In this document: piece after piece, positions 29,309-39,020 of the stretch | How the letters are laid out: each line of letters starts with the position of its first letter | Numbering within the stretch: the first letter of the stretch is position 1 | Assembly (NCBI GenBank): GCA_947629025.1 | Contig: CANRCC010000004.1 | Location: forward strand, 3,300 to 67,299 | Length of the DNA stretch: 64,000 nt | Direction of reading: 5' to 3' | Source: an uncultured Bacilli bacterium | GTDB lineage: Bacteria > Bacillota_I > Bacilli_A > RF39 > UBA660 | The notes under the pieces: model-generated | What the model was told of the DNA's origin: nothing | Seen by the model: the letters and a program-made list of their open reading frames with translations, nothing else | Databases searched by the model: none | Position numbers and translations under genes: made by a program

Positions 29309-30070
29309 TTAAAATTTATATTTTTTTAAATATTTATTTTCTAATATATACATATTTTTATCTTTTATTAAATGTTTTTTATTTCTAAACATATTATCTA
29401 ATTTTCTTATTTTTTTATATTTATGATATTCATTTTTATATAATCTTTTTTCAAGTAAGAATCTATTATATATTATGTTTTTATTTTTTATAGAATATAT
29501 TATTTGAAAAATTAAAAATATTACAATTACATAATAACTGCTATCAATATTAGAAATAGCTAAAAATAAAATTAATGATAAGATAGATATTATTATATTT
29601 GATAAATATGATATTTTAAAATTAAATATTTTATTTAAAAATATATTAATTATCTTTGAACCATCAAGTGGTATTATTGGAAGTAAATTAAATAATAATA
29701 TTGAATAATTATAATTTTTATATAGTAAGTATATATATTCTGATATATTGTTTTGTCTATATAAAATTAAAATAATTATATATAATATTTCTTGAAATAA
29801 AGGACCCATAATAGTTACTAAAAATTCTTCTTTTAATGGTTTATCTATTATATCATCTAATTTAGTAATACCTCCAAATGGATATATAACAATTTCTTTA
29901 ACATTAAATTTATACTTTTCCATCATTATATAATGTCCAAATTCGTGAACAATTATAATTGTAAATATAACAATTATTTCTTTAAATAAACCAGTTATCA
30001 ATGATAAAAATAATAATATTAAAGTATAATTATTAATTTTTAATTTACTTAAGAACTTTCTTATAATCAA
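29309..30070 (-). CDS. M50 site-2 protease family membrane metalloprotease (SpoIVFB-like by position)
   Basis: HEFGH zinc motif inside a TM helix, multi-TM, 253 aa. It follows a SpoIVFA-like gene downstream of mreCD as in Bacillus. Confidence 0.7.
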   Translation of the reverse strand: MIIRKFLSKLKINNYTLILLFLSLITGLFKEIIVIFTIIIVHEFGHYIMMEKYKFNVKEIVIYPFGGITKLDDIIDKPLKEEFLVTIMGPLFQEILYIIILILYRQNNISEYIYLLYKNYNYSILLFNLLPIIPLDGSKIINIFLNKIFNFKISYLSNIIISILSLILFLAISNIDSSYYVIVIFLIFQIIYSIKNKNIIYNRFLLEKRLYKNEYHKYKKIRKLDNMFRNKKHLIKDKNMYILENKYLKKYKF

Positions 30071-30659
30071 TACTTACGCCATCCTTTTGAAATTCTAGAT
30101 AAAGTTCATTATTAGATGCTTCACCTATTATTTTTCCATCTTCTACATAATCATATAATTTAACATTTATATTAGATAAATTACCATACCATGCATCTAT
30201 ACCATCAGATTGCTGAATAATAACAGTTTTATTAATAGTATCTTTATTACCAACAAATATAACTATTCCACCTTTTATTATAGGTATTGCATAATTATCT
30301 TGCAAAGTTAATTTTACTCCTTTATTATAAGTAGCTAGTTTTTTATATTCTAATTTTTCATTAAATACTTTTTTAGTTACAAATACATCTTGAAATGGCA
30401 ATATATTTCCTATATGTTCATTATATATTTTTTTTAAATATGCAAAAGATATATTATCAGTATATACATATTTATATATTTTATTTTTTATGCTAGTATT
30501 ATTTTTTACCAGTATAGTAAATACTAAAAATATAATAATAACAGTAAATAATTTTATAAAAAATGGTTTTATTTTATTTACATCTTTCTTATTGCTTGTA
30601 CTTTTTATATTTCTTTTTTTATTTTTTATTCTGTTTTGTATTTCATTTATTTCTTTCAT
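30045..30659 (-). CDS. Membrane-anchored degenerate LytM/M23-domain protein (SpoIVFA-like)
   Basis: N-terminal TM helix. The C-terminal M23-like fold pattern (GGIVIFVG..VIIQQSDGIDAWYGNL..GKIIGEA..LYLEF) has all catalytic His positions replaced. The position matches spoIVFA. Confidence 0.55.
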   Translation of the reverse strand: MKEINEIQNRIKNKKRNIKSTSNKKDVNKIKPFFIKLFTVIIIFLVFTILVKNNTSIKNKIYKYVYTDNISFAYLKKIYNEHIGNILPFQDVFVTKKVFNEKLEYKKLATYNKGVKLTLQDNYAIPIIKGGIVIFVGNKDTINKTVIIQQSDGIDAWYGNLSNINVKLYDYVEDGKIIGEASNNELYLEFQKDGVSIDYKKVLK

Positions 30660-30690
30660 AGTATCACCTATTTATATATATGATACTTTT

Positions 30691-31176
30691 TTATATTATA
30701 TTCTTTAAATATAGTTTATTTGATATTAAATAACTTGAAATAATATATATAATATTAATTATAAAAAAGTGTTTTAATATAAATAAAAATTCTACTATTG
30801 TATAATCATTATATTTATATACATCAAATATAATATATAATGCAAAATTATAAATAGATATTAATATAACTGATAAGAAAATAATATTAAAAATTTTATA
30901 GTTAAATTTCTTAAAAAAGTAATATATAATAATTGATACAAATAAAAATATAAATGAATTTAAGATATAAAAATTAGTAAATACAAGATCATAAACAAAA
31001 CCTAGTATAAAACTAAATACAAAAAAATCTTTTTTACTATTTTTAAAATATGGATAAACAAATATTAAAGATAGTAATGTAAAAAGTGGTACTAGATATG
31101 AATCTATATTAATATATAAATTAAGTATAAGTTCAAGTATTATACTAATTATTATAATAATTATATTGTATATCAT
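30691..31176 (-). CDS. mreD: Rod shape-determining protein MreD
   Basis: 161-aa polytopic membrane protein that overlaps the mreC stop by 4 nt. Confidence 0.7.
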   Translation of the reverse strand: MIYNIIIIIISIILELILNLYINIDSYLVPLFTLLSLIFVYPYFKNSKKDFFVFSFILGFVYDLVFTNFYILNSFIFLFVSIIIYYFFKKFNYKIFNIIFLSVILISIYNFALYIIFDVYKYNDYTIVEFLFILKHFFIINIIYIISSYLISNKLYLKNII

Positions 31177-31955
31177 TTTTTATCACCAACTACTGTTACA
31201 ATTTTTATGTCATTAAAATTAGCACTTGGTGTTATTACAATAGTATTTGATATTCCATATGTTTCTTTTATTAAAGATGTAATTTTACCAATTAACAAAC
31301 CAGATGAAAATGAATCACTTAATCCTGATGTAGTTACATTAATATTTTTTATTTCATCTTCATTAAAATCTCCAATTACATTTTTTAAGTATAATTTATT
31401 TTGTTTTATATCGTATTCTTCTATTAATCCATAATATGGATTATCACCTATATAAAATACTGCAGATATATAATTATTATTTTTTGATGTAAGTAATTTT
31501 ACATCACTAGAATGATTATTTACTTTTATTATTTTTCCTATTAGACCGCTACTATTTATAACTGCTAAATCTTTAGTTACTCCATCTAATTTACCTTTAT
31601 CGATTGTTACTATATTATACCAATAATTAGTACTTCTTTTTACTACTTTTGCATTAATTAGTGTTTTATCACTCATAGTACTATTTAATTCTAATACTTT
31701 TTTTAACTCTTCTATTTGTTTTTCATAATCTTTATTTATTTCTTTTGATAAATCACTATTATTAACATTAATTTTATTATATGGAATACTAATAATATTT
31801 GATATACTTGCACTTAAATCTTTAGTCATATTAAAAATAATATTATTACTTCTATTATCATTTATAAAATATAAAAATGAAAAAGATATTAGTGCTAATA
31901 CAAATATACTAATAAAAATAATTTTAATTTTCTTACCCTTTTTTTTCTTTTTCAT
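31173..31955 (-). CDS. mreC: Rod shape-determining protein MreC
   Basis: 260 aa. N-terminal TM helix, a coiled-coil segment, then a beta-rich domain (VINSSGLIGKIIKVNNHSSDVKLLT). Confidence 0.8.
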   Translation of the reverse strand: MKKKKKGKKIKIIFISIFVLALISFSFLYFINDNRSNNIIFNMTKDLSASISNIISIPYNKINVNNSDLSKEINKDYEKQIEELKKVLELNSTMSDKTLINAKVVKRSTNYWYNIVTIDKGKLDGVTKDLAVINSSGLIGKIIKVNNHSSDVKLLTSKNNNYISAVFYIGDNPYYGLIEEYDIKQNKLYLKNVIGDFNEDEIKNINVTTSGLSDSFSSGLLIGKITSLIKETYGISNTIVITPSANFNDIKIVTVVGDKK

Positions 31956-31965
31956 AATAAAGCTC

Positions 31966-32646
31966 CTATATTAATTGATTTTCAAAAAAACTATAATAAT
32001 TATTTCCAATTATTATATGATCTATAATTTGTATACCTTGAATATTACTTATTTCTTTTAACTTTTTAGTTAATATAATATCTTCTTTAGATGGAAGTGG
32101 ATCTCCACTTGGATGATTATGTACACATATAATTGATGATGCGCTTAATAAATATGCATACTTAAATATTTCTCTTGGATGTACTATACTTTTATTTATA
32201 GTTCCAATAAATAGTAATTTCTTATCTATTAAATTCTTTTTTGAATCTAAATAAAGTGCATAAAAATATTCTTGATTTTTATTATATAATTCTTCTTTCA
32301 TAAAATTATATATTTTATCTGCGCTATTCATTTTTATTTTGGATATATTTTTCTTATAATATACTCTTTTACCTAATTCTAATGCTGATAATAAAGTTAT
32401 TGCTTTAACTTCACCTATTCCTTTTATTTCTTTTAATTTATTTAATGTTATATCTTTTAAATCAGTTATATCATTAATATTATGTAATATTAATTTAGCT
32501 AAATCATAAGCAGATATATCTTTAGTTCCACTATTAAGTAAAATACTAATTAACTCTATATTAGATAAATTTTCTGCACCAACTTTTAAAAATCTTTCTC
32601 TTGGTCTTTCATATTTTGGAATATTTTTAATTAATGTTTGATTCAC
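31966..32646 (-). CDS. radC: RadC-family JAMM protein
   Basis: 226 aa. HhH-like N-terminus and JAMM motif HNHPSGDPLPSKED. Confidence 0.88.
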   Translation of the reverse strand: MNQTLIKNIPKYERPRERFLKVGAENLSNIELISILLNSGTKDISAYDLAKLILHNINDITDLKDITLNKLKEIKGIGEVKAITLLSALELGKRVYYKKNISKIKMNSADKIYNFMKEELYNKNQEYFYALYLDSKKNLIDKKLLFIGTINKSIVHPREIFKYAYLLSASSIICVHNHPSGDPLPSKEDIILTKKLKEISNIQGIQIIDHIIIGNNYYSFFENQLI

Positions 32647-33100
32647 TTCTTAATATCAACTCCTCATATTTAGATAATATTTGTTTTTCTGCATTTATTA
32701 TTGTATTATTATCACTAGTATTTTGTACTAAATCATCATATTGTTTTAATGTTTCTAAGAAAGTTATATTATCAGTTTGTATTTTCTTTAGATAAATATT
32801 TGTATCAATATTATATGATGAAACTATTTTGTCTTTTAATTTCTTATCGCTTATTACTCCTATTAATACATGAAATTTATCATCTTCATTATAATAAAAA
32901 TAACTTTTTAATTTTTTAGTATTTTCTTTCATTGATTCTATAGTAGAATATACACCATATTGAATTAAATATATATTTTCTAATCTTTTTTCATTAAATA
33001 CATCATCTACCTCTTTAGCATATCCATCATATATATTCTTACCTAAAATTAATCCAATAATAATTGCAACTGCGACATAAATAATAGTTTTATTTTTCAT
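32627..33100 (-). CDS. Membrane-anchored SPOR-like domain protein
   Basis: ATG 33100 is preferred because AGGTAGGTGA lies upstream. One TM helix, then YLIQYGVYSTIESMKENTKKLKSYFYYNEDDKFHVLIGVISDKKLKDKI, which resembles a SPOR repeat. Confidence 0.45.
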   Translation of the reverse strand: MKNKTIIYVAVAIIIGLILGKNIYDGYAKEVDDVFNEKRLENIYLIQYGVYSTIESMKENTKKLKSYFYYNEDDKFHVLIGVISDKKLKDKIVSSYNIDTNIYLKKIQTDNITFLETLKQYDDLVQNTSDNNTIINAEKQILSKYEELILRSESNIN

Positions 33101-33195
33101 AACGATCACCTACCTATATTTTATATTAATAAAAAAGATAATTATGTCGAAATATATATTCATTAATATTTTTCTCCATAAATTATCAAAATTCC

Positions 33196-33224
33196 CCTAA
33201 AAAAAATAAGCATAAGCTTATTTA
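33196..33224 (-). terminator. Intrinsic terminator of proS
   Basis: Hairpin aaataagc/gcttattt (33204-33223) encloses the proS stop codon. On the minus strand a U run follows it. Confidence 0.6.
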
Positions 33225-34925
33225 AATCATTTTTTCATCTATTATATCTTGAACTTTATATAAAACATCAAATACAGATATTTCCATATTTTCTTTTTCT
33301 TCTCTTTTCTTTAATTCAACAATATGTTCTTTTATCTTCTTTCCTATAGTTATTCTAATTGGTATTCCAATTAAATCCATATCATTAAATTTAACTCCTG
33401 CTCTTTCATTTCTATCATCTAGTAATACATCTATATTTGCTTCTTTAAATATTTGATATAAATGGTTAGCTGCTTGATATTGTTCATCATCTTTAATATC
33501 AATTACAACAATTGCTACTTTGTATGGAGCAATATTAACTGGCCATATTATACCATTTTCATCATTATTTTGTTCTACAATAGCAGACATACATCTTCCT
33601 ATTCCTATTCCATAACAACCCATAACTACTGGTTTTTGATTATTTTCTTTATCAGTATATGTAAGATCAAATGCTTCAGAATACTTAGTTCCAAGTTTAA
33701 ATGTATTACCAATTTCAATTCCTTTTGTAAATACTAATTTATTTCCGCATTTAGGACACATATCGCCTTCTTTTACATTTCTAACATCACATACCATATC
33801 TACTTTAAAATCTTCTATATTTACATTTTTATAATGATAATCTTTTTTATTAGCTCCTACTATAAAATTAACCATTACAGATACTTCTGTATCCATTATT
33901 ATAGGAATATTTAAAGATATTGGTCCAATAAAACCTATTTTTGTATTTACTTTTCTTTTAATTATATCTTCACTTGCTAGTTTAACGTGTTTTCCATCAA
34001 ATATTTTTTCTAATTTTAATTCATTAACCTCTGAATCACCCTTTACTAAAACAGCATATAATTTACCATCTATATCATATATTAGTGTTTTAACAAATTT
34101 ACTTTCTGCTTCATTTAAGTAGTTTGATACCTCTTCAATAGTTTTAGCATCTTTTGTATATACTAAATCTTTTTCTAATTTTTTCTCTGAACTTTCTTTA
34201 GTAGGTACTATTGATTCACATACTTCTAAATTAGATGAGTAATCACAAGATTCGCAGCATACTAAAGTATCTTCACCAATATCAGTAACTGCTTGAAATT
34301 CTTCTGATAATATTCCTCCCATAGAACCAGTATCTGCTTTTACTATTTTATAATTTATACCAAGTCTACCAAATATTTTTTTATAAGCATTAAACATATT
34401 ATTATAACTAACATCAAGTCCATCAAGATCTTTATCAAATGAATATGCATCTTTCATTAGAAACTCTCTAACTCTTATAAGTCCATATCTTGCTCTTGCT
34501 TCATCTCTAAATTTTGTATTTATTTGATATAAACTAAATGGTAAATCTTTAAATGATTTTACATTGCCTAATGCAGCCATTGTAAATAATTCTTCATGAG
34601 TTGGTCCAAGTACAAAATTCTTATCAAATCTATCTTTTAATCTAAACATTGAATTAGAAAATGAATCTAATCTATTAGACTTTTCATATACCTCATCACT
34701 AATTAAACAAGGCATTATAACCTCTTCTGAGTCTATTTTATTCATTTCTTCTCTTATTATATTTTCTATATTTCTTAATACTTTTAAACCAAGAGGTAAA
34801 TACATATAGATACCTGCTGAAGTTTTTTTAATCATTCCACTTCTAACAAGCAAATTACCTGATTTACTATCTTCATTTTTAACATCTTCTCTAATTGTAT
34901 AGAAAAAACTATTTTTTAATTTCAT
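33222..34925 (-). CDS. proS: Proline--tRNA ligase (bacterial type with editing insertion)
   Basis: 567 aa with class II motifs, e.g. FRDEARARYGLIRVREF and GCYGIGIGR. Confidence 0.93.
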   Translation of the reverse strand: MKLKNSFFYTIREDVKNEDSKSGNLLVRSGMIKKTSAGIYMYLPLGLKVLRNIENIIREEMNKIDSEEVIMPCLISDEVYEKSNRLDSFSNSMFRLKDRFDKNFVLGPTHEELFTMAALGNVKSFKDLPFSLYQINTKFRDEARARYGLIRVREFLMKDAYSFDKDLDGLDVSYNNMFNAYKKIFGRLGINYKIVKADTGSMGGILSEEFQAVTDIGEDTLVCCESCDYSSNLEVCESIVPTKESSEKKLEKDLVYTKDAKTIEEVSNYLNEAESKFVKTLIYDIDGKLYAVLVKGDSEVNELKLEKIFDGKHVKLASEDIIKRKVNTKIGFIGPISLNIPIIMDTEVSVMVNFIVGANKKDYHYKNVNIEDFKVDMVCDVRNVKEGDMCPKCGNKLVFTKGIEIGNTFKLGTKYSEAFDLTYTDKENNQKPVVMGCYGIGIGRCMSAIVEQNNDENGIIWPVNIAPYKVAIVVIDIKDDEQYQAANHLYQIFKEANIDVLLDDRNERAGVKFNDMDLIGIPIRITIGKKIKEHIVELKKREEKENMEISVFDVLYKVQDIIDEKMI

Positions 34926-34997
34926 TTTTCTTCACTCCTAGAAACAAATAAATTATATCAAATTTATTATATATTTTCAATTAAAAAAGCAATATTG

Positions 34998-37322
34998 TTA
35001 TTTATTATTACTTTTTTTATTTTTAAGTTCTTTTATAAATACATATTGCATTAAAGATACACCTATTAATAGTAATGAAAGAGCTATAACTAAATCATTA
35101 TTTACTTTAAATAACTGAATAATAATATTTATTATAAGTACAATACTTCCATAATATACAAATTGTTTTCTATTTATACTCATACCAGTTAGAATAAATA
35201 TTAATGATACTATTAAAAAGTATATTAGAATAACTATATTAGAGTTTAGTATAAAACTTAATGTTACATATGTCATCCATAGTATTTCAAATAATATTTT
35301 ATCTTTTTTTCTAATAGTTAATACTTTTTCTAAAATAATAAATATATATATAGTAATTAAAGTTATTAATATTAAATTACTATATAATACACTAATTTCA
35401 TTAATTAAAATTGATAAAGGATAATATAAGTATATTATATAAGACATAATCCTTTTATCTGAATCTATTTCTGATAAAAACATAGTTATTAATATTATTA
35501 AGATTGCTATAAATGATAATAATGCTGCGACAAATATAGGATTAATTAAACTAAATATTATCTTTGTTATTATATTAAATCCAAGCATAACATATAAAAA
35601 TTTAATACAGAAATTAGTATTTTTCTTTTTAAATGAAATAGTATATATGATTATATATAACAATAAATTTAGTAATAAGAATAATATATTATATTTATTA
35701 AAATCAAATAATGAAGCAATTATTAATAATACAACAGAAAATAAATATAGTGCTCGTTTATTATTAAACATACTAGAAATTAATAATATAAGTGATAAAG
35801 TAATAATTGTATAATAAAATTTAATATTAAAGTTAGCGCAAACAAGTACTAAATTTATTAATGATAAAGTAAATAAGTAATTTTGAAATGTTTTGTTTTT
35901 ATCAAAGAATGATTTTACTATATAATAATAAATCCATAATACTTCTACTAATATAGATGCTAATTTATCAAAATTTAATATTGATGTTATCATTGCAAAT
36001 AATAAGAATAAATAAGAAAACCATTCATATATAGTAGATATTTTATTTTTTCTAATCATTAAATATGATGAGATTATAGAATATAATAAACTTGTAAGTA
36101 TTATTATATAAACACTTTTTATTATTATATTTGATAATATTATTGAATTTAAGAATATATATATTAAAACAGGAATTATTATATTAATAATATCTTTAAT
36201 ATTTTTTGATTTTTCTATTTTTACAATAAATATTGATGTAATAATTAATAATAAACTTACTATAGTTGTTACTTTATATTCATATATAATTGAATTTGAG
36301 AATAATAACATAAATGTTATTATTGTAAATATAAGTGTTGAATTTTTTAATTTTTTATTATTAAATAAATAATTAATTACTATTAATAATATTAAAGATA
36401 AACTTAATATATAAATAGACATATTATTATAATTCTTAAATAGTGTTTGTATAAAATTAACTATTGTAATAACTTGAATAAATGGTATTACAAAACTAAA
36501 ATCGCTTTTTTTATAATATAAAATAACTATATAAGAGTTAATTATATATGAAATAAATATAATAATAAGTGTTACTATCATACTGATACTTGCAAATTTT
36601 GAGTATGACATATATGCAAGTACAAATGGTAAATATATAATAAGTGCAAATTTCATATATTTGATAAATATATCTGAAAATTTCTTACCCTTATTTATTA
36701 TTGCTACTACGCTTAATAATAAATTTAATAATATAAGTACCATAAATACTATATCTGCATTATTATTAAAATATTTATCTAAGTTAAATATAAGCATAAT
36801 AGATAGTGCAAGCATATTAATTAGAAAACAAATTATATATAAGTATATATTTGAATTTAAGTACTTATAGCTTAAAAAGTATGCGATTATACATATAATA
36901 ATTAATAATGAAAGATATACATATAATCCTGCTCCATCTAAGAAAAATTTTATAGTTAATTCATATTCATTAATTAATAAAAGTAATATTGGTAGTAAAA
37001 CCATACTAATAAACCAAAAACACTTATGAGATTTTACTAGTCCTAAATTTTTAGAAATAACTGATATACTAATAAATAAGATTATTTCAAATAATATAAA
37101 TATGACTTTAATTATATTACTAAAATCACTTAATACTATAGATGCTAATAATATATTTGCAATTATGATTAAAGAAATACCTAATTCAAATAAACTCTTT
37201 TTATTTTTTTCCTCATTTTCTTTTTTTCTTTTTTCTAATTCTAACTGTGTAGGATTACCACATTTATTACAAAATTTACTTTCTTTTTTTAATTTATTTC
37301 CGCACTTTGTACAATAATTCAT
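34998..37322 (-). CDS. Polytopic membrane protein with N-terminal zinc ribbon
   Basis: 774 aa. CTKCGNKLKKESKFCNKCGN (CxxC-x12-CxxC) and a short KE-rich linker, followed by more than 20 hydrophobic helices. No other motif. Confidence 0.7.
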   Translation of the reverse strand: MNYCTKCGNKLKKESKFCNKCGNPTQLELEKRKKENEEKNKKSLFELGISLIIIANILLASIVLSDFSNIIKVIFILFEIILFISISVISKNLGLVKSHKCFWFISMVLLPILLLLINEYELTIKFFLDGAGLYVYLSLLIIICIIAYFLSYKYLNSNIYLYIICFLINMLALSIMLIFNLDKYFNNNADIVFMVLILLNLLLSVVAIINKGKKFSDIFIKYMKFALIIYLPFVLAYMSYSKFASISMIVTLIIIFISYIINSYIVILYYKKSDFSFVIPFIQVITIVNFIQTLFKNYNNMSIYILSLSLILLIVINYLFNNKKLKNSTLIFTIITFMLLFSNSIIYEYKVTTIVSLLLIITSIFIVKIEKSKNIKDIINIIIPVLIYIFLNSIILSNIIIKSVYIIILTSLLYSIISSYLMIRKNKISTIYEWFSYLFLLFAMITSILNFDKLASILVEVLWIYYYIVKSFFDKNKTFQNYLFTLSLINLVLVCANFNIKFYYTIITLSLILLISSMFNNKRALYLFSVVLLIIASLFDFNKYNILFLLLNLLLYIIIYTISFKKKNTNFCIKFLYVMLGFNIITKIIFSLINPIFVAALLSFIAILIILITMFLSEIDSDKRIMSYIIYLYYPLSILINEISVLYSNLILITLITIYIFIILEKVLTIRKKDKILFEILWMTYVTLSFILNSNIVILIYFLIVSLIFILTGMSINRKQFVYYGSIVLIINIIIQLFKVNNDLVIALSLLLIGVSLMQYVFIKELKNKKSNNK

Positions 37323-37453
37323 AAATTCACCTTCATTTTATTTAATTATAAAATAAATTTATTAAAATTAAAAGACTTTTAATAAATTATATATTAATAA
37401 TTCATATAATCAGATATTTTTTTAAGTAATAGTTTCTTTTCTTCATCAGATTT

Positions 37454-38995
37454 TTATTTTTCTTCATAAGATAATTTTTTACTAATTCTATCATTTTTAA
37501 TTGTAAATAATTCATCATGTATTTTAGCAAATAACATTATTTCTTGCATTTCTTCACAATTTAAACTTTTATTTTCTTTTCTATATTTAAAGAATTTTGA
37601 ATTTTGGCTTCTAAACCAGTTAAACATAAATGTACCATCAGTAAATCTTATATTATCTACATCAGCAACATTTCTTTTTAATATTCGTATTTGTGATATA
37701 TATTCATAAACCCTATTTTCATATAATTGAATTGATGAAAATTTTTTCTTTTCTTGCTCTTTTCTTTTTTTAATATCATATAATTCATTATCTATATTAG
37801 CAAATAACTGAATTTCAGATAATCTTCTATTACTTAATCTAGCATTATTTTGTATTTCTCTTTTTATTTTATTATTATTACTTTTATAAAAGTCGTACAT
37901 ATATTGACCATCATTAAATTTATTTGTATCTCTTAATATTATATTTCTATTTTTCTTTTTAATTGTTTTTATATATTCATTTACCTTATTTTCATATTCA
38001 ATAAATTTTAATTCAAATAACTTATCTTCTATTTTAGAAAACATCATTATTTCTTCTAATCTTTTACTATCAGGTATTCTTTTTGCTAATTTTTCATTTG
38101 TTAATTTTTTACATTCAAATTTATACCACAAATACATGTCAGTACCATCAGTAAATTTTATATCATCTTCATCATTAACATTTCTTCTTAATTTTTCTAT
38201 AACATTAATATATTCTAAGACCTTTTTTTCATATATCTGTATTTGTGTTGGTCTTTTATCTTTATTTTTTTCATCTACTCTATTTTTAATATCATATAGT
38301 TCATTATCTATATTAGCAAATAACTGAATTTCAGCTAATCTTCTTTTACCTAATTTAGCATTATTTTCTATTTCTTTTTTTATTTTATTATTATTGTGTT
38401 TATAAAAATCATACATATACTTACCATCACTAAACTTATCGCCATCTCTATGTCTTATATTTTGCTTCTTTTCTCTTATTGTTTTTATATATTCATTTAT
38501 TTTATTTTCATATTTAGTAAATTCTAATTCAAGTAATCTATCATCTATTTTAGAAAACATCATTATTTCTTCTAATCTTTTACTATTAGGAATCTTATTT
38601 ACTTCTCTTTCATATGATAATCTACTATTTTGATCTTTATACCACAAATACATATCAGTATCATCATTAAAAAAATATGTATTTTCTTTATCTATGTTAC
38701 TACCTAATTCTTTTATTTTTATTAAATATTGATTAACTTTTTTCCTATATTCATTTAATTCAGATTTTATAAGAATATTATCTACTCTTTCAAATATTTT
38801 TTTTAGCATATATTCTTCTTTACTTAATTGTTCTTCTTTTAGGCTATTTAACTGCCATTTTTGTTTTGCTATCCAACTATGCATATCTGTTTTATCACTA
38901 AATTTAATATTATCTGAAGCAGTAATATTTCTTCTTAAACGAATAATTGCTCTAACATATTCTTTTATTTTTTGATTAGTTGAAAGATTTTTCAT
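37454..38995 (-). CDS. HA (helicase-associated)-like repeat protein, 6 repeats
   Basis: 513 aa made of six ~75-85-aa units of the type YE.KV.EYI..I..L.RNV...D..F.DG.DMY.WY....RLEEIMMFSKID..L.E. RBS AAGGGGGG. Paralogous to the two upstream genes. Confidence 0.75.
   Translation of the reverse strand: MKNLSTNQKIKEYVRAIIRLRRNITASDNIKFSDKTDMHSWIAKQKWQLNSLKEEQLSKEEYMLKKIFERVDNILIKSELNEYRKKVNQYLIKIKELGSNIDKENTYFFNDDTDMYLWYKDQNSRLSYEREVNKIPNSKRLEEIMMFSKIDDRLLELEFTKYENKINEYIKTIREKKQNIRHRDGDKFSDGKYMYDFYKHNNNKIKKEIENNAKLGKRRLAEIQLFANIDNELYDIKNRVDEKNKDKRPTQIQIYEKKVLEYINVIEKLRRNVNDEDDIKFTDGTDMYLWYKFECKKLTNEKLAKRIPDSKRLEEIMMFSKIEDKLFELKFIEYENKVNEYIKTIKKKNRNIILRDTNKFNDGQYMYDFYKSNNNKIKREIQNNARLSNRRLSEIQLFANIDNELYDIKKRKEQEKKKFSSIQLYENRVYEYISQIRILKRNVADVDNIRFTDGTFMFNWFRSQNSKFFKYRKENKSLNCEEMQEIMLFAKIHDELFTIKNDRISKKLSYEEK
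37760..38683 (-). repeat. Internal two-repeat block duplication, 516-nt offset
   Basis: aa ~105-240 and ~277-412 of the 513-aa protein are near-identical. Matching DNA blocks (e.g. 38276-38683 versus 37760-38167) share long identical runs. Confidence 0.75.
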
Positions 38996-39020
38996 ATTAT
39001 CTTACCCCCCTTTTATTATA

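Noticed and set aside
39005-39010. C6 (G6 on the coding strand) and C5 (41310-41314) homopolymers in the RBS regions of two HA-repeat genes, considered as possible slipped-strand phase-variation switches.
   Set aside because: The tracts are short (5-6 nt) and simply form G-rich Shine-Dalgarno sequences. A similar GGGG-containing RBS precedes the unrelated gene starting at 46191.
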